NCBI RefSeq assembly: GCF_963921235.1
Contig: NC_086118.1
Span: 25,918,001 to 25,982,000 of the forward strand
DNA length: 64,000 bases
Reading direction: 5' to 3'
Origin: Mobula hypostoma
Lineage: Eukaryota
Shown here: positions 10,445-23,634 of the stretch, piece by piece
Position numbering within the stretch: the first letter of the stretch is position 1
Layout of the letters: every line of letters starts with the position of its first letter
The notes under the pieces: model-generated
Databases searched by the model: none
The model's input: only the letters and a program-made list of their open reading frames with translations
Told to the model about the DNA's origin: nothing
Position numbers and translations under genes: made by a program

Positions 10445-13190
10445 AAGTAAGCAGACCAGAACTACATGCAGGCAAGGCCTCACCACTACTCTGTACAGTG
10501 GCATCATAACTCCCCTACTCTTAAGTTCAATCGCTCTAGCAAAGAAGGCCAACATTTCATTTGCCTTCTTGAGATAACCTATTGCACATGCAAACAAACC
10601 TTTTGTGATTCATGCACAAGTACTCCCAAGTCCCTCTCGACAACAAGATGCTGCAATCTTTTACCATTTAAAATATAATCAGTTTCAATGGTTTTATGTC
10701 TTATATTCTGTGTTTTTCATTTGTTCTTTGCCATTTGGGCAATTTGTTCTTTTTTTGCATGTTGAGTGTTTGCTTTCTTTAAGCGGGTTCTTATGTTGTT
10801 TCCTTGTTTTGTGGCTGTCTGTGGGAAGATGAGTCTCAGTGTTGGATACTGCATTACGTACTTCGATAACTGTAGATAAATCTTTGAATCTTTATAATCT
10901 GATCTTTTATTTCCCTTCCAAAGTGGATGACCTTGTAGTTAGCAACATTGCACTCAATCTGCCAAAAGCTCACCCACTCACTTAACCTATCTATATCTCT
11001 CTGCAGACACTCCACATCCTCTATACAACATGCATTTCCATTCAATTTAATGTCATCAGCAAACTTAGATACACTGTACTCAGCCTCTTCCTCCAAATCA
11101 TTAATTATATATTGTGAACTGTTTGTGGGCCCAGACCACCTCCTGCAGCACTGTATTCACCACTGATTGCCAACCAAAGAAGCATCCAGTTATCCCAACC
11201 CAATGCCTTCTATTGGTTAGCCAATCCTCTATTCACATTATCCCCCAACTCCATATACCCTTTTCTTACGGATAAGTCTTTCATGTAGCACTTTATCAAA
11301 TGCCTTTTGGAAATTTAAATATACAACACTCATCTGTTCCTCTGTCCACTGCACTCAATTTATCCTCAAAGAACTCCACTAACTTTGCCCTTCATGAATC
11401 CATTCTGTGTCTGCCTGATAGAACCACGTCCATCCAGATGTCTCACTATTTCTTCCCTAATGATAGTTTCAAGTATTTTCCCAAGTACAGCATTAAGCTA
11501 CCTACTCTATATTTACCTGTCTTTTGCCGGCATACTTTTTTAAAAAATAGAGTGACATTCGCTGTCTTCCAATCTGCTGGAGCCTGCCCAGAGTCCAGAG
11601 AATTTTTTAAATTATCACAAATGCGTCAACTACAATTTCTGTCATTTCTTTCAATACTCTGAGATGCATCCCATCAAGATCAGGGGACTTGTCTACCTTT
11701 AGAGCATAAATGTAGACAAAGTTTAGGCACACTAGTTCGCTCATCACTACCTTTTTAGTGACGATGATTGAATTGAGATCTTCACCTCCCATCGCATCCA
11801 TAACATTTCTTTTTGGCATATTAGGAGTGTACTCCACTATGGAGACCAACACAAAATAGTCATTCAAGGCCTCAGTTATTTCCACATTTCCCAATACTAA
11901 CTCCTCCTTCTCACTTTCCAAGGATCTACGTTCACTTTAGCCAACCTTTTCCACTTTATATAATTATAAAAACTTTTAATATCATTTTTATATTTTGTGC
12001 TCATTTATTTTCATCATCTATTTTTCCTTTCTTCCTTGCTCGCTCAGTGGCTCTTTGCTACCTTTTAAAGTTTTCCCAATCTTCCAGTTTCCCATGACTT
12101 AGCAAGTTTGTATACGTGAGATTTTAGTTTGATGCTTTCTTTTTTCCCTTTGTTATCCAAGACAGGCTCTCCCCACTCTTACTGTTCTTGCTTTTAACTG
12201 GAATGTACTTTTGTAGAGGACCATGTAAGATTCTCTGAAGATCTTCCACTGTTCCTAGTGTCCTACCATATAAGCTGTCGTCCCAGTCTATGCTAGTCCA
12301 CTCTTACCTCATCCCATTGTAGTTTCCCTTATTTAGGCAGAACATACAGATTTTAGATTGAACTATTACAACCTCCATTTGTATGTAAAGTTCAATCATA
12401 CTGTGATCACTCTCTCCTGGAGGCTGGAGGAGGAGGAGGAGGAGAAGATGGCGGCACGACGCAGCACGCGCGGCCACTCTGGTGATGAATATCTGTTATT
12501 TGTCAAGTAGGATGCCATGCACAATTCTGATTTGATGGAGGCAGACATGAGAGCACGGAGGAACATCTGGTGAAACTTCTGAAATGCCTGTTTCACTGCC
12601 GCTGCTACTGTGTGATCCGAAATCTCCGGAGGGGAAGGCCCCGAATCCTTGGCTTTACTTGTTGCTCGGCGGCCAGGGCGGGGTCGAAGCGCTCGGCAGA
12701 GATGGTGCTCGGTGTCAGAGGCTTGAAGTTTTTGGACGGACTCAGAGTCAGACTGTGGTTGGGTGCTTCCAGGATGCTGCATCGGCAAGTTTGCGGCACT
12801 TGAGGCTCATGGCAGGGAGAGTTTCTCCCTTCTACCATCTGCGTGAGATGTTGGGGCTATCGGGACTTTGAGACTTTTTTTTTACCATGCCCATGGTTTG
12901 TTCTTTATCAAATTACAGTATTGCTTTGTACTGTTGTAACTATATGTTATAATTATGTGGTTTTTGTCAGTTTTAGTCTTGGTCTGTCCCGTGTTTCTGT
13001 GATATCATACTGGAGGAACATTGTATCATTTTTTAATGCATGCATTTCTAAATGACAATAAACGAGGACTGAGTGTCCTCATAATCTAATCTAATCCCGA
13101 GGATCCCCAACTACAAGATTGTTAATTTTACCTGTCTCATTGCACAGGACCGGATCTGAGGTAGCAATTTCCCTTGTAGGTATGCTAAGA
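10445..13190 (-). mobile_element. Decayed CR1 LINE interrupted by younger inserts
   Basis: RT-region remnants SKFADDIKL...LQRDIDRLSEW and KVDKSPDLDGMHLRVLKE. Confidence 0.85.
12421..13095 (+). mobile_element. Non-autonomous retroelement (GC-rich body, AATAAA, (CTAAT)n tail), copy 1
   Basis: Starts (GGA)n AAGATGGCGGC and ends AATAAAC-GAGGAC-TGAGT-GTCCTC-ATAATCTAATCTAATC; highly similar to 46325-46840; interrupts a CR1. Confidence 0.8.
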
Positions 13191-14961
13191 AGCTTTTCAA
13201 GAAAGCTGTTGTGGAAGTTATGGCAAGGCAAGGGTTAAGGCAATATGCAGGCAAGGATAATTTAGAGACAGTGTGCAGCCAATCCAGACAAGAAAGGTCT
13301 TTGAAGAGCATAGCTCCCTTCTTCACAGGAGGGACGGGAGTCATTTGGCACATCAAGACAAGGTAATGATACAAATGAAGGATTCTAGGGTAACATTTAC
13401 TATTGGTCCATTATTTTACCAACTCTGAAGTATTACTGTCTTTAACGTAAGATTTTATTGGTTATTAATCCCTGTATTATCATAGTGTAATCGGTGATTG
13501 GTAATTGATCATACAAATAAGATATCTGAACATACACAAAGATTACCAGTTGGTCAGTATATCCAACTAGTCAATTTCTGTAGTATCTAGTATCCCAAAG
13601 ATATGCAGGTAGGTCATCACATCTGTAAATTACCCATTTGTGTAGACAGCTGGCAAAAGAAGCAAAAGGGAGTTGATGTATACAAGGTCATAAGATATGG
13701 GAGCAGAATTAGGCCATTTGGCCCATCAAGTCTGCTCCACCATTCAATCATTGCTGATATGTTTTCTCAACCCCATTCTCTTGACCTCTACCCATAATCT
13801 TTAACTCCCTTATCAATCAAGACCCTATTAATCTCTGCCTTAACTACACATATTGACATGACTTCCACAGGACTCTGCAGCAACAAAATTCTGTACATTC
13901 ATCACCCTGGGGCATGTAAGATAGAATAAGTTCTACTGCTATGCTATTATAGCTCGGAATGTACCAGAGTTCGGAGTTCAATTCCGGTGCCTTTCTGTAA
14001 AGAATCTCTGTACATCCACCCCGTGGAATGCGTGGGTTTTCGCCAGATCCTCTGGTTTCCTCCCACAGTCCAAAAAGGTACCATTGCAGGGATGCAGGCA
14101 AGACAAGTAGGGGGGAATGGAACTCACAGAATTCTTCTGACATCCAACATGGACTTGTCAAGTTGAATGGCCTCCATTTGTGTCCCATTTGCAAGTTCAG
14201 TGACCTCAGCCCATAGTTACCTGCTGAAGGACTATCAACGTTGTTTAATTTCTACCAGTAGATGGCACATAGCAGCAAGCAGCATGCTTCAGTAGCAATG
14301 TAACTTCATTGTGGGTAAACAGCTTACAGAAGAGTGAAATGAATGAACCATTTTAATAGCAGTTTTTTAAAATAACTTTTACTCAATTATCATCTCCACA
14401 ACTTTTAAATTGATCTTGATGTAGCAGATGATGTAACTTATTTCTTAATGTTGTAATTTAAATTCAATTCATATTTTCCTTCATTTCAGACAGAATAATT
14501 GTTTATGTTTGAATAGTCAATAAATTGTCATTTCAAATTTAAAGCAAAGTAGTTACTTGTGTAATATTAACCTCATAATGAATAACCTCATGGTTGTGAA
14601 CCAGTGAGCACATTGCTTTACAATGCTAGTGTCCAGGGTTCAATTCCCACCACTGTCTATGGGGTGTTTATACATTCTCCATCTGATCACGTGGCTTTTC
14701 TCTGGGTGCTCCAGTTCCCTCCCTCATTCTAAAGCGCGCAGGTTAGTAGGATAATTGGTTAGATAGGTGTAATTGGACGGCATCAGCTCATTAGCCTGTT
14801 ACCTTGCTGTATCTCTTAAAAAAAACTGTCACTTATTCCCGCAGTGTAACTGAATGGAACTGTTATTCCTAGGTGAAGAATTCCTCCTCAATAATGTCAA
14901 TACACTTTAGTAATTGCTCTATAGCAATGAAGTATCTGATAGTTTTAGAAGAATAACTTAC

Positions 14962-15052
14962 CTTTGGCACACTTCTGTTCTGGAAACTGAGCCTCAAGCT
15001 GAATAAGAAATACATCATCTACAATTTCCTCTGTTTCATCTGAAAAGGTAAG
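14962..15052 (-). CDS. PIK3R6: PIK3R6 exon: LTFSDETEEIVDDVFLIQLEAQFPEQKCAK
   Basis: ctgccacag/gtaagt boundaries, 91 nt, phase 0-1; similar to IFFSDLSQDPTEDIFLIEL. Confidence 0.91.
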
Positions 15053-15688
15053 CTGTGGCAGAAAAGGAAACGGAAAATATTATAAATAAAATTTAACTGA
15101 GTAATTTCAGTTTGCCTTTTGACCAAATAAACTACATAGAATTAAATCTACTATCAGCAATGATGCGTGTGAAACCAACGGTTGTGAAAATCTAGCCAAT
15201 TCTGGACTATGTGGGTGTACAGACCTACGTTAATACAGTTGTCACTTAACTCACCTCTCAAATTGCCTTGGACATCATGCCTAGTCCGTGCTGGCCTTGC
15301 CAACGATATCCACAAGCCATAAAAGACTAAAAAGCAAACATGGAGGCTTGCTGGTGCATTGTGAAGTGTCACTTTGTAAATGGTGAAAAATAGATTTTGA
15401 ACTTGAAGATATGCAGTCCCAAAAGTTAATCAGCAACATACCAGTGTCTTAACTATTAGAGCAAAGGTTCACACAGACTTTAAAAAAGTCACTCTACATA
15501 CAAACCTAAATTGCCACGTCAGAAAATATGGCTGAGTGGTCAGGCACAAATAATTTTCTAATGAAGTGGGAACCTCATTCAGCATCTACATACGTTGTTC
15601 AATTTTTGGTCAGTTCAACAGAAGTACAGTTGTAGTATTATGTAACTGGGTCAAATATGTCACTTGATATTGGAATAAAAGTACATAC

Positions 15689-15799
15689 CTTCACACTGTA
15701 GATTTGAAAGCAAACAGGCTGACACCCCATTCGTACATAGTATGAAGCAACATCCACAATAAATGGATCAGCGCCAGACTGTTGTCCAGGTGTTGTAGA
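15689..15799 (-). CDS. PIK3R6: PIK3R6 exon: STTPGQQSGADPFIVDVASYYVRMGCQPVCFQIYSVK
   Basis: ttttgcag/gtatgt boundaries, 111 nt, phase 0-0; similar to DPFILDVITYYIRMGTQPIYFQIYTVK. Confidence 0.94.
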
Positions 15800-16890
15800 C
15801 TGCAAAAATCATTTTAAGCTTGTTAGCTTAACTAGCAGGAGATATAAATCTGATTTTTATTTGTTATTTTTAGTTGGGTTAATGTTTAAAAATCTAAAAA
15901 CTCCTCACTTAAAACATAATTAACCAATTAATTGTAAGGGTTTTGAGCTATTTGCGTATTGATTGCTTCATTAGCTTCTTTTGTACTTTAGTTTTGCTGT
16001 TAATTTGTCTGACATACAGTACAGTACTTTGCTGCATTTTGTACACCAAAATAAATAACACAACAATGAGCATTTGCAATTATTTTGTACCAAGCTTACT
16101 GCTGCAATTAACACAAACTTAAAATGGCTATTTCTTCAACACAACTCTAAAGCTGTTCCCAACAGTTCTGCTTTAACTACTAGAACAAGCATATTATATT
16201 GGATGGTGTAATATGAATGACCCAGCCAGAAATGGAAAATTAATGAATTTATGTGTTAACTAAATGACTGACAAAGCATTGTTAATAATTTATATGTTGG
16301 GTATTCACTTTGAAATCCTTCTTTTACATTAACAAATACAGTATATCAAATCTTGATTGCGATAATGTCTTAGAATAGTGACAAAGGAATATGATCACAC
16401 ATCAGCTTATTAAATAATGCTTTATAGATTGATCTGAACCCCTAAGATCACGCACATTTGTTCAAGACTGTAATTTTATCTCACATTAACGTTTTGTTTA
16501 TCAGTGTAGCCAGATTATAAATAAGAGTTGAAATCCTCTTCAAAATAAATCCAGTACTGCTCACAAGAGGTTATTTTATAAACAAAATATATATTTTCAA
16601 ATGAGATCATTTGGACACATTCACCTCAATCTCAACTCAAAGCTACATCTTTGATTTAAAATCAGGGGCCATATTACAAAAGTACTGCATCAGCCTTTTT
16701 GCTTGAAGCTACTCTTATTTTGCACCCCCCTTTTTGATTTTACATCATATTAGAATATTTTCTCACTTTGCACTTTTATAGTTCCAAATTTATTCTCTGA
16801 AAGATGAGTTTAAGACTTCAAGTATTATTAAAAATGATCAATTTTGCAGTTTCAATATATGACAGACACTCTAAGATAACATAGACTATG

Positions 16891-16956
16891 AATATGTGCT
16901 AACAGTAATGTGCATTGTCAGAGCAGCGACGATGCACATTACTGTTAGCACATATT
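16891..16956. repeat. Isolated inverted repeat, 29-bp arms, 8-nt loop
   Basis: AATATGTGCTAACAGTAATGTGCATTGTC / GACGATGCACATTACTGTTAGCACATATT, one mismatch. Confidence 0.9.
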
Positions 16957-17289
16957 GACAGTCCATTTTCTCATTTATTGACAACTAGTTCACAAGGCAA
17001 TTAATTAGCACTGTTGCCATGTTGATTTTTGTGCTTGCCAAATGAAACATGCAATTATCACAAAATTAGTTACAACTGCACCCAAATAATGAGGTATGAA
17101 ATGTAACAACAGACCTTACTTACATAAAAGTATTCTACTTCATTTATCAAAAAGCACAAAATTATAAATTTACAATTTTTTGCAGAAATGTATTTGGTGC
17201 CAGAGAGGGTTATAGATTCATGAAGCCATTGACTTAGCACTTAATCAACCAATCATAAAATAATCAGTAACCTGAGTTAGGAGTGTCAC

Positions 17290-17510
17290 AAACATGAGAA
17301 AATATGGAAATGCTGGAAATCCAAAGCAACACACGCAAAATGCTGGAGGAACTCAGCAGGCCAGGCAGCCTCCATGGAAGAGTAAACAGTCAACATTATG
17401 TTGCTACCCAAGTCCTAATGAAGTGTCTCAGCCCTAAACGTTGACTGTTTGCTCTTTTCCATAGATGCTGTCTGAGCTGCTGAGTTCCTCCAGCATTTTG
17501 TGTGTGTTCC
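17290..17510. mobile_element. Palindromic Penelope pLTR-only remnant (similar remnants at about 35525-35740 and 49654-49795)
   Basis: Two opposed copies of the AATGCTGGAGGAACTCAGCAGGCCAGGCAGC pLTR motif with a degenerate hammerhead core between them. Confidence 0.75.
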
Positions 17511-17713
17511 ACGCAAGTTAGGAGCTTTGTGGGCCCTACTTCTATTAGTGTGAGCATACAGCATTTAGTACCTATGGCAACAGAAAAAAAATCTAAGGAC
17601 ACTAACTTCGAGGAGGAGGAAATTGTCATTTTCACAAATAGCCTACTAATCTGTTTCCATAGCATGTAATATTTGTTTGTGTACACAATAAGATCCAAAA
17701 GGCATGTCCTTAC

Positions 17714-17836
17714 CATTTTAGCCAGTTCAGGTATCATGTTGCTCAGGCTGTTGATATTGCTGTTATACCATGGATCTACGCTGCCCAAGTACCTGGACAG
17801 CTCACAAGAAAGGTCATGGTGTAGTAAATGTTTGAC
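17714..17836 (-). CDS. PIK3R6: PIK3R6 exon: VKHLLHHDLSCELSRYLGSVDPWYNSNINSLSNMIPELAKM
   Basis: tttttag/gtaagg boundaries, 123 nt, phase 0-0; similar to ELATFLGRADPWYQSNVN. Confidence 0.92.
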
Positions 17837-18579
17837 CTAAAAATGAATTATAAAGTTTTCAGTATTTACTAATTAAGAAGTGTTAACAGTACATCTAATT
17901 TTTTTCAAAATGACATTATTAACTTACTGCAACACAGTCAATATTAACTTCTTTGGATCTACCAGAGTATTTCATCAATATCCTATAAAGAGGGCTGGAA
18001 TTTCTTAATTAAATTCAGTTAGTTCTTATATTCCAAACATGATACTGTCCCAAACAATGCTTAGCAGTTGATGCTCAGCAATATCATGGGGTGAAATTTT
18101 TAGAAATGTGTGGAAATTGCATATGTCAGTAAATGTGAAATCCTAAAGGTTCTATTAGCAACACTCTGATTATCCAAAGGCTGCGTTAATGAAGTCCTTG
18201 CATGCACAAGCCAATAAAAAAATCATTGAATATATGTCCTATTTATTTAAATCAAATATTTGCATTTATGCCCGTTAATAACCATCTATACTTGTGTTCA
18301 AATAATGAAGAACAGTATAGCCTTGTTGACAATGCATATAAGATTTTCAATGATAATACTGAGGCATAATTTAGTCTGAAGTATGTATATGTATCATATA
18401 CTATGCTGATTCACTTTCTTGCAGGCATTCACAATAATGCAATGAAATACAATAGAATCAATAAAAAACTACACATAAAGACTGCCAAGCAACTAATACA
18501 CAAAAGACAAATGATACAAATACAAAAGAGCCAAATAATAATGAATGAATGAATAAATAAACAAACAAACTGAGAACAA

Positions 18580-20612
18580 GGCAGGTGATAGATGAAACTG
18601 AGTGGGTGAAGTAAAGAGCTGGGAAGTTGATTGGTGAAAGATAAAGGGCTGAAGGAGGGGTAATCTGATGGAAGAGGACAGAAGACCATGGAAGAAAGGG
18701 AAGGGGGAGGAGCACCAGATGGAGGTGATGGGCAGGTAAGAAGATATGGTGAGAGAAGGAAACAGAAATGGGGAATGGTGGAGGGGGCAGAGACAATTAC
18801 CAGAATTTGGAGAAATTAATATTCATGCCGTCATGTTAGGGGCTACACAGATAGAATACAAGTTGTTGCTTTTCCAACCAGTGTGTGGCCTCATCATGGC
18901 AGTAGACTGACATGTCAGAATGGGAATGGGAAGTGGAATTGGAATGAGTGGCTACAGGGAGATCCTGCTTTTTCCGGCAGATAGTGTATGTGAAGCTCTC
19001 CACTTCTTTCTGGACAACAGACCCAGCCAGTTCCCCTCTGCCACCACTCTCCTCCATCTGATGGAAGTGGTCCTCACTCTCAATGATTTCTCCTTCAGCT
19101 CCTCCCACTTCCTTCAAACCAAAGGTGTAGCCATGGGCACTTGCATGGGTCCCAGCTATGCCTGCCTTTTTATCAGCTGCATTAGACAGTCCACATTCCA
19201 AGCCTACAACAGTATTGCTCCCCCAACTTTTCCTACGCTTCATCGACAACTGCATTGGTGCTGCTTCCTGCGGAGCTCATCGATTTCATCAACTTTGCCT
19301 GCATCTTCCACCCTGCCTTCAAATTTATTTATTCCATTTCTAAAACCTCTCCCGCCTTTCTCGTTCTCGCTATCTCCATCCTTGGAGACAGTCTATCATA
19401 AACTGACATCTTTCATAAACCCACTGACTCTCACAGCTATCTGGACTATACCTCTTCCTACCCTGTCACTTGTAAAAATGCCATCCCCTTCTCGCAATTC
19501 CTCTGGCTCCACCATATCTGCTCTCAGGATGAGGCTTTTCATTCCAGAACAAAGGAGATGTCCTCTTTCTTCAAAGTGGCTTCCCTTCCTCCACCATCAA
19601 CACTGGCCTCACTTGCATCTCTTCCATTTCACACATATCTGCCATCCTCCCACCGCCACACCAGGGATAAGGTTCCTCTTGTCCTCACCTACCACCGCAC
19701 TAGGCTCCACATGCAGCACACAATTCTCCGTAACTTCCGTCATCTCCAACGGGATTCCACCACCAAGCAAGTCTATTCCTCCTCCCCCCCACCTTTCTGC
19801 TTTCCACAGGGGTCACTTCCTATGCAAATCCCTTGTTCTATTGTTCTTTCACTGATCTCCTTCCTGGTACTGAACTTTACAAACAGAACAAGTGACACAC
19901 CTACACCTCCTCCTCACTACCATTCATGGCCGCAAACAGTCCTTCCAGGTGGGGCGACACTTCACCTGTGAGCCTGTTGGGGTCATCTACTGTGTCCGAT
20001 GCTCTCAATATGACCTCCTGTATATTAGTGAGACCCAGCATAGATTGAGAGACTGTTTCACTGAGCACATACGTTCTGTCCGCCAGAAAAAGCAATGTCC
20101 CCCTATAGCCACCCATTTCAATTCCACTTAACATTCCCATTCGACGTGTCAGCCCATGGCCTCCTCAACTGCCACGATGAGGCCACATTCAGGTAGACGG
20201 GGCAACACCTTATATTCTGTCAGGGTAGCGATTTCTCAAACTTATAGTAATTGACCTCCCTTCACCATTCCCGATTCCTGTCTCCCTCTTCTCATGTTAT
20301 CTCCTTACCTGCCAATCACCTCCCTCTGGTGCTCCTCTCCTTTGCCTTTCTTCCATGGTCTTCTATCCTTTCTTATTGGATTCCCACTTGCACAGCCCTT
20401 TATCCCTTTCATCAATCAACTTCCCAGCTCTTTACTTCACCCTCTCCCGATCTCTCAGTTTCATCTATCACCTGCTATTTCGTACTTCTTCCTCCCCTCC
20501 CCCTACAATCTTACTCTGACTTCTCCCCTTCTCTCCAGCCTAAAATGTTGACTGTTTACTCTCTTCCATAGATGTTGCCTGGCCTGCTGAGTTCTTTCAG
20601 CATTTTGTGTGT
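18580..20612 (+). mobile_element. Older Penelope-like element with RT and GIY-YIG remnants and an inverted 3' copy at its 5' end
   Basis: RT motifs FLQTKGVAMGTCMGPSYACLF and FLRFIDNCIG; endonuclease GVIYCVRCSQYDLLYISETQ; multiple frameshifts; about 18580-18990 is an inverted 3' segment. Confidence 0.9.
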
Positions 20613-21832
20613 ATGTTACACGAGTTGTAGAGTCCTTGATAGCGAGTCCATAGTTTGTGTTCAGTGACCAGTATAGTATCGTAGTGAGTGAAGTTATCCA
20701 TGTTGGCTCAAGAGCCTTTTTATTGAAGGGTAATAACTGTTCCTGAACCTGGTGGTATGGGACCTAAGACTCCTGTACCTCCTTCCTAATGGTAGCAGCA
20801 AGAAGGCAGCATGGCCTGGATGGTGGTGTTTTTAGTGATGTATGGGGCTTTGTTATGGCAGCACTCCTTGTAGATATACTCAATGGTGGAGAGGGCGTTT
20901 CCTGTGATGGACTGGGCTGCATCCACCACTTTTTATAGGCATTTCCGTTCTTGGGCATTGGTGTTTTCATACCAGGCCATGATGCAACCAGTCAAGATAC
21001 CCTCCACTGTGCATCTATAGAAGTTTGTCGAGGTTTTAGATGACATGCTGAATCTGCGCAGACCGTTGAATGCACATTTGGTGTAAAAAGGAGGACTTCA
21101 GGTATATGAATCATTGGGATATCTCCCAGGACAGGTGGGACCTATACAAGAAAGAAGGTCTAAACCTAAATTGGAGATGTACTAATATCCTGGTAGTGAG
21201 ATTTGCTGGTGTTCCTCAAGTGGGTCTACCCAGCCTGGCAGAGGAGAGGGAATCAGAACAGGTGGAGCCTTGAAAGAGAAGATAGAGGTTAAGTCAGGTA
21301 AGTCTTATTGCAAAGACAGGCAGGGCGAAAATAATGAACACAGCAGAAATGATAGACTGGTATGAATTTATTTTATTCAAAGAGTATTAAGGCTAAAGCA
21401 AGTGATTTTAGAGCTTGGTTAAAAAGAGAAAGATTATAGAGTTATTTGTCATATGCATATTAAAACATACAGAGAAATGTTTGTGTCAGTGACCAAAACA
21501 GTCTGAAAATTTGCTATGTATGTCCACAATTACTAACCCTAACCTATATGTCTTTGGAATGTGGGAGGAAACTGGAGCACCCAGAGGAAATCCTCATGGT
21601 CAAGAGAAGAACATACAAACTCCTTTAAGACAGCGCAGAAATTGAACCCCGATCGCTGATCAGTAACTCTGCAAAGTGTTATAATAACCAGTATGCTACT
21701 GTGCTGCCCACAGAACTACAGTATTATAGGAACTGCATATACTTGTTTGAGAGAATGTTGTCTATCTGCTGCAAAGCGCCTGTGATGCTGCAAGTAAGTT
21801 GTTTGTTGCAGCTGAACATACATAAACTTTGG

Positions 21833-22080
21833 GGTGGCATGGTAACATAGTGGTTAGCGTAACAGTTTACAGCGCCAGTGACCCGAATTCGATTCCTCCT
21901 GCTGTCTGTAAGGAGTTTATACGTTCTGCCTTGGACTGCGTTGATTTCCTCCGAGTACCCTGGTTTCCTCCCACATCCCAAAGACATATGGGTTAGTGGG
22001 TTAATTGGTCGCAGTGGTGTAATAGGTCGGCACAGGCTTGTTGAGCTGGAAGAGCCTGTTACAATGATGTAACTCTAAAT
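21833..22080 (+). mobile_element. tRNA-derived SINE (family also at about 14600-14820, 21525-21710(-), 34472-34760, 41648-41925, 42558-42792)
   Basis: Head GGTGGCA(C/T)GGTAGC..AGTGGTTAGC...GTTCGATTCC with shared core CTGTAAGGAGTTTGTAC...TTTCCTCC. Confidence 0.8.
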
Positions 22081-22729
22081 TTAAAAAAAAATTGGCTCTG
22101 ACAAATCAGCAAACCCTTCAAAGGGCCTGAAAGGACTTGCCTGGTGAATGCAGCTCTGACATTTTTTAAGAGATGGAACACCATCCAAGACAACTTGTCC
22201 TCTCCAGTCCTTTATAATTCCTACCCACCTGGCTTCACTTATCACCTTTGAGCTAGCCTCCTTCCCCTCCCCCCACATTTTTATTCTGGTGTCTTCCCCT
22301 TTTCCTTTCTGGTTGTGAAGAAGGGTCTAGGCCTGAAACATCAACTGTTTATTCATTTCCATAGATGCTATCGGACCTGCTGAGTTCATATTTTGAGTGC
22401 ACAGCCTGCTCTACTGCTAGCTCATCAACCATTCCAAACAATTGCTCAGTGGCTGTGGTTTGGGAGGTGTGCCAGAGATACACCGGTAGCATCTCCCAAA
22501 CCTGTGACCTCTACCACCAAAATGCAAATGTATTCAGTGCATGGAAAGTTGACAGCTACAGGTAAATTTCTTATCGAAGTACCTTTATGTCACCATATAC
22601 AACCCTGAGATTAGTTTTCTTGCTGGCAATTAAATTGGTGCTGGCAGGAGTAGGTTCATGTGAATTATAAGTAAAAATATTTGACTGAGCAATTTGATTC
22701 AACGTAACGATTCAACGTAACTGCTCAAT

Positions 22730-22990
22730 ACAAGAGGACATGGCTTTAAGGTAAGGGGTGGGAAGTTCAAGAGGGATATTAGAGGAAGGTTTTTTACTCA
22801 GAGAGTGGTTGGTGCGTAGAATGCACTGCCTGGGTCAGTGGTGGAGGCAGATACACTAGTGAAGTTTAAGAGACTACTAGACAGGTATATGGAGGAATCT
22901 AAGATGGGGGCTTATATGGGAGGCAGGGTTTGAGGGTCGGCACAACATTGTGGGCCGAAGGGCCTGTACTGTGCTGGACTATTCTATGTA
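22730..22990 (+). mobile_element. CR1 LINE 3' end
   Basis: TRGH-coding start, TTTTTTACTCAGAGAGTGGT and GGGCCGAAGGGCCTGTACTGTGCT...TTCTATG tail. Confidence 0.8.
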
Positions 22991-23531
22991 ATTCATAGAT
23001 GGAATTCGGAACGCTACAGCACAGGCTCCTCGGCCGATGATGTTGTTTCCAAACTTTTAGCCTCGCTTAAGATCAATCTAACCCTTCTCTCCTATACAGC
23101 CCTCCATTTTTCTATCATCCATGTGCTTGTCTAAGAGTTTCTTAAATGTCCCTAATGTGCGTGCCTCTACCACCTCCCATGGCAGGGCATTCCATGCACC
23201 CACCATTCACTGTATAAAATCTAAACGAATGTACAGATAGATGTTCCCCAGAAGACTGCAGTGGTTCAAGAAGGCTGCTCACTGTAACCTTCTCTAGGGC
23301 AATTGGTGATGGGTAATAAACACAAGCCTTGCCAGTGATAGTCTAACACCACAGAAAGAAGTAAATAAAATTAACTGTTCTGTAAATTGCATGCTAGCAT
23401 GTAGAGAATTGACCATATGGTGGTAGTATGCAGTTAGCAAGGAACAATTATATCCAATTAGTAATAATCAGAATTGTTTTCCTGTCGCAGCTTGTATTTC
23501 AGGAAGTAAGTGACATATAGAACAGACACAC

Positions 23532-23634
23532 CTGCCCAGCACACATGGGTCTCTGCTTCTCATTAGTTACAGGAATGTAGTAGAACAGCAAGTTCAGTTT
23601 TGTAGTCAGAATGCCTCTTCGTGCTTCTCTTTTC
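23532..23634 (-). CDS. PIK3R6: PIK3R6 exon: KREARRGILTTKLNLLFYYIPVTNEKQRPMCAGQ
   Basis: tttcttag/gtgtgt boundaries, 103 nt, phase 2-0; KRE...YYIPV motif. Confidence 0.9.

Noticed and set aside
12396..13055. Overlapping ORFs as a host gene or processed pseudogene
   Set aside because: The sequence recurs at 46325-46840 with frame-breaking indels and has a retroelement-type tail
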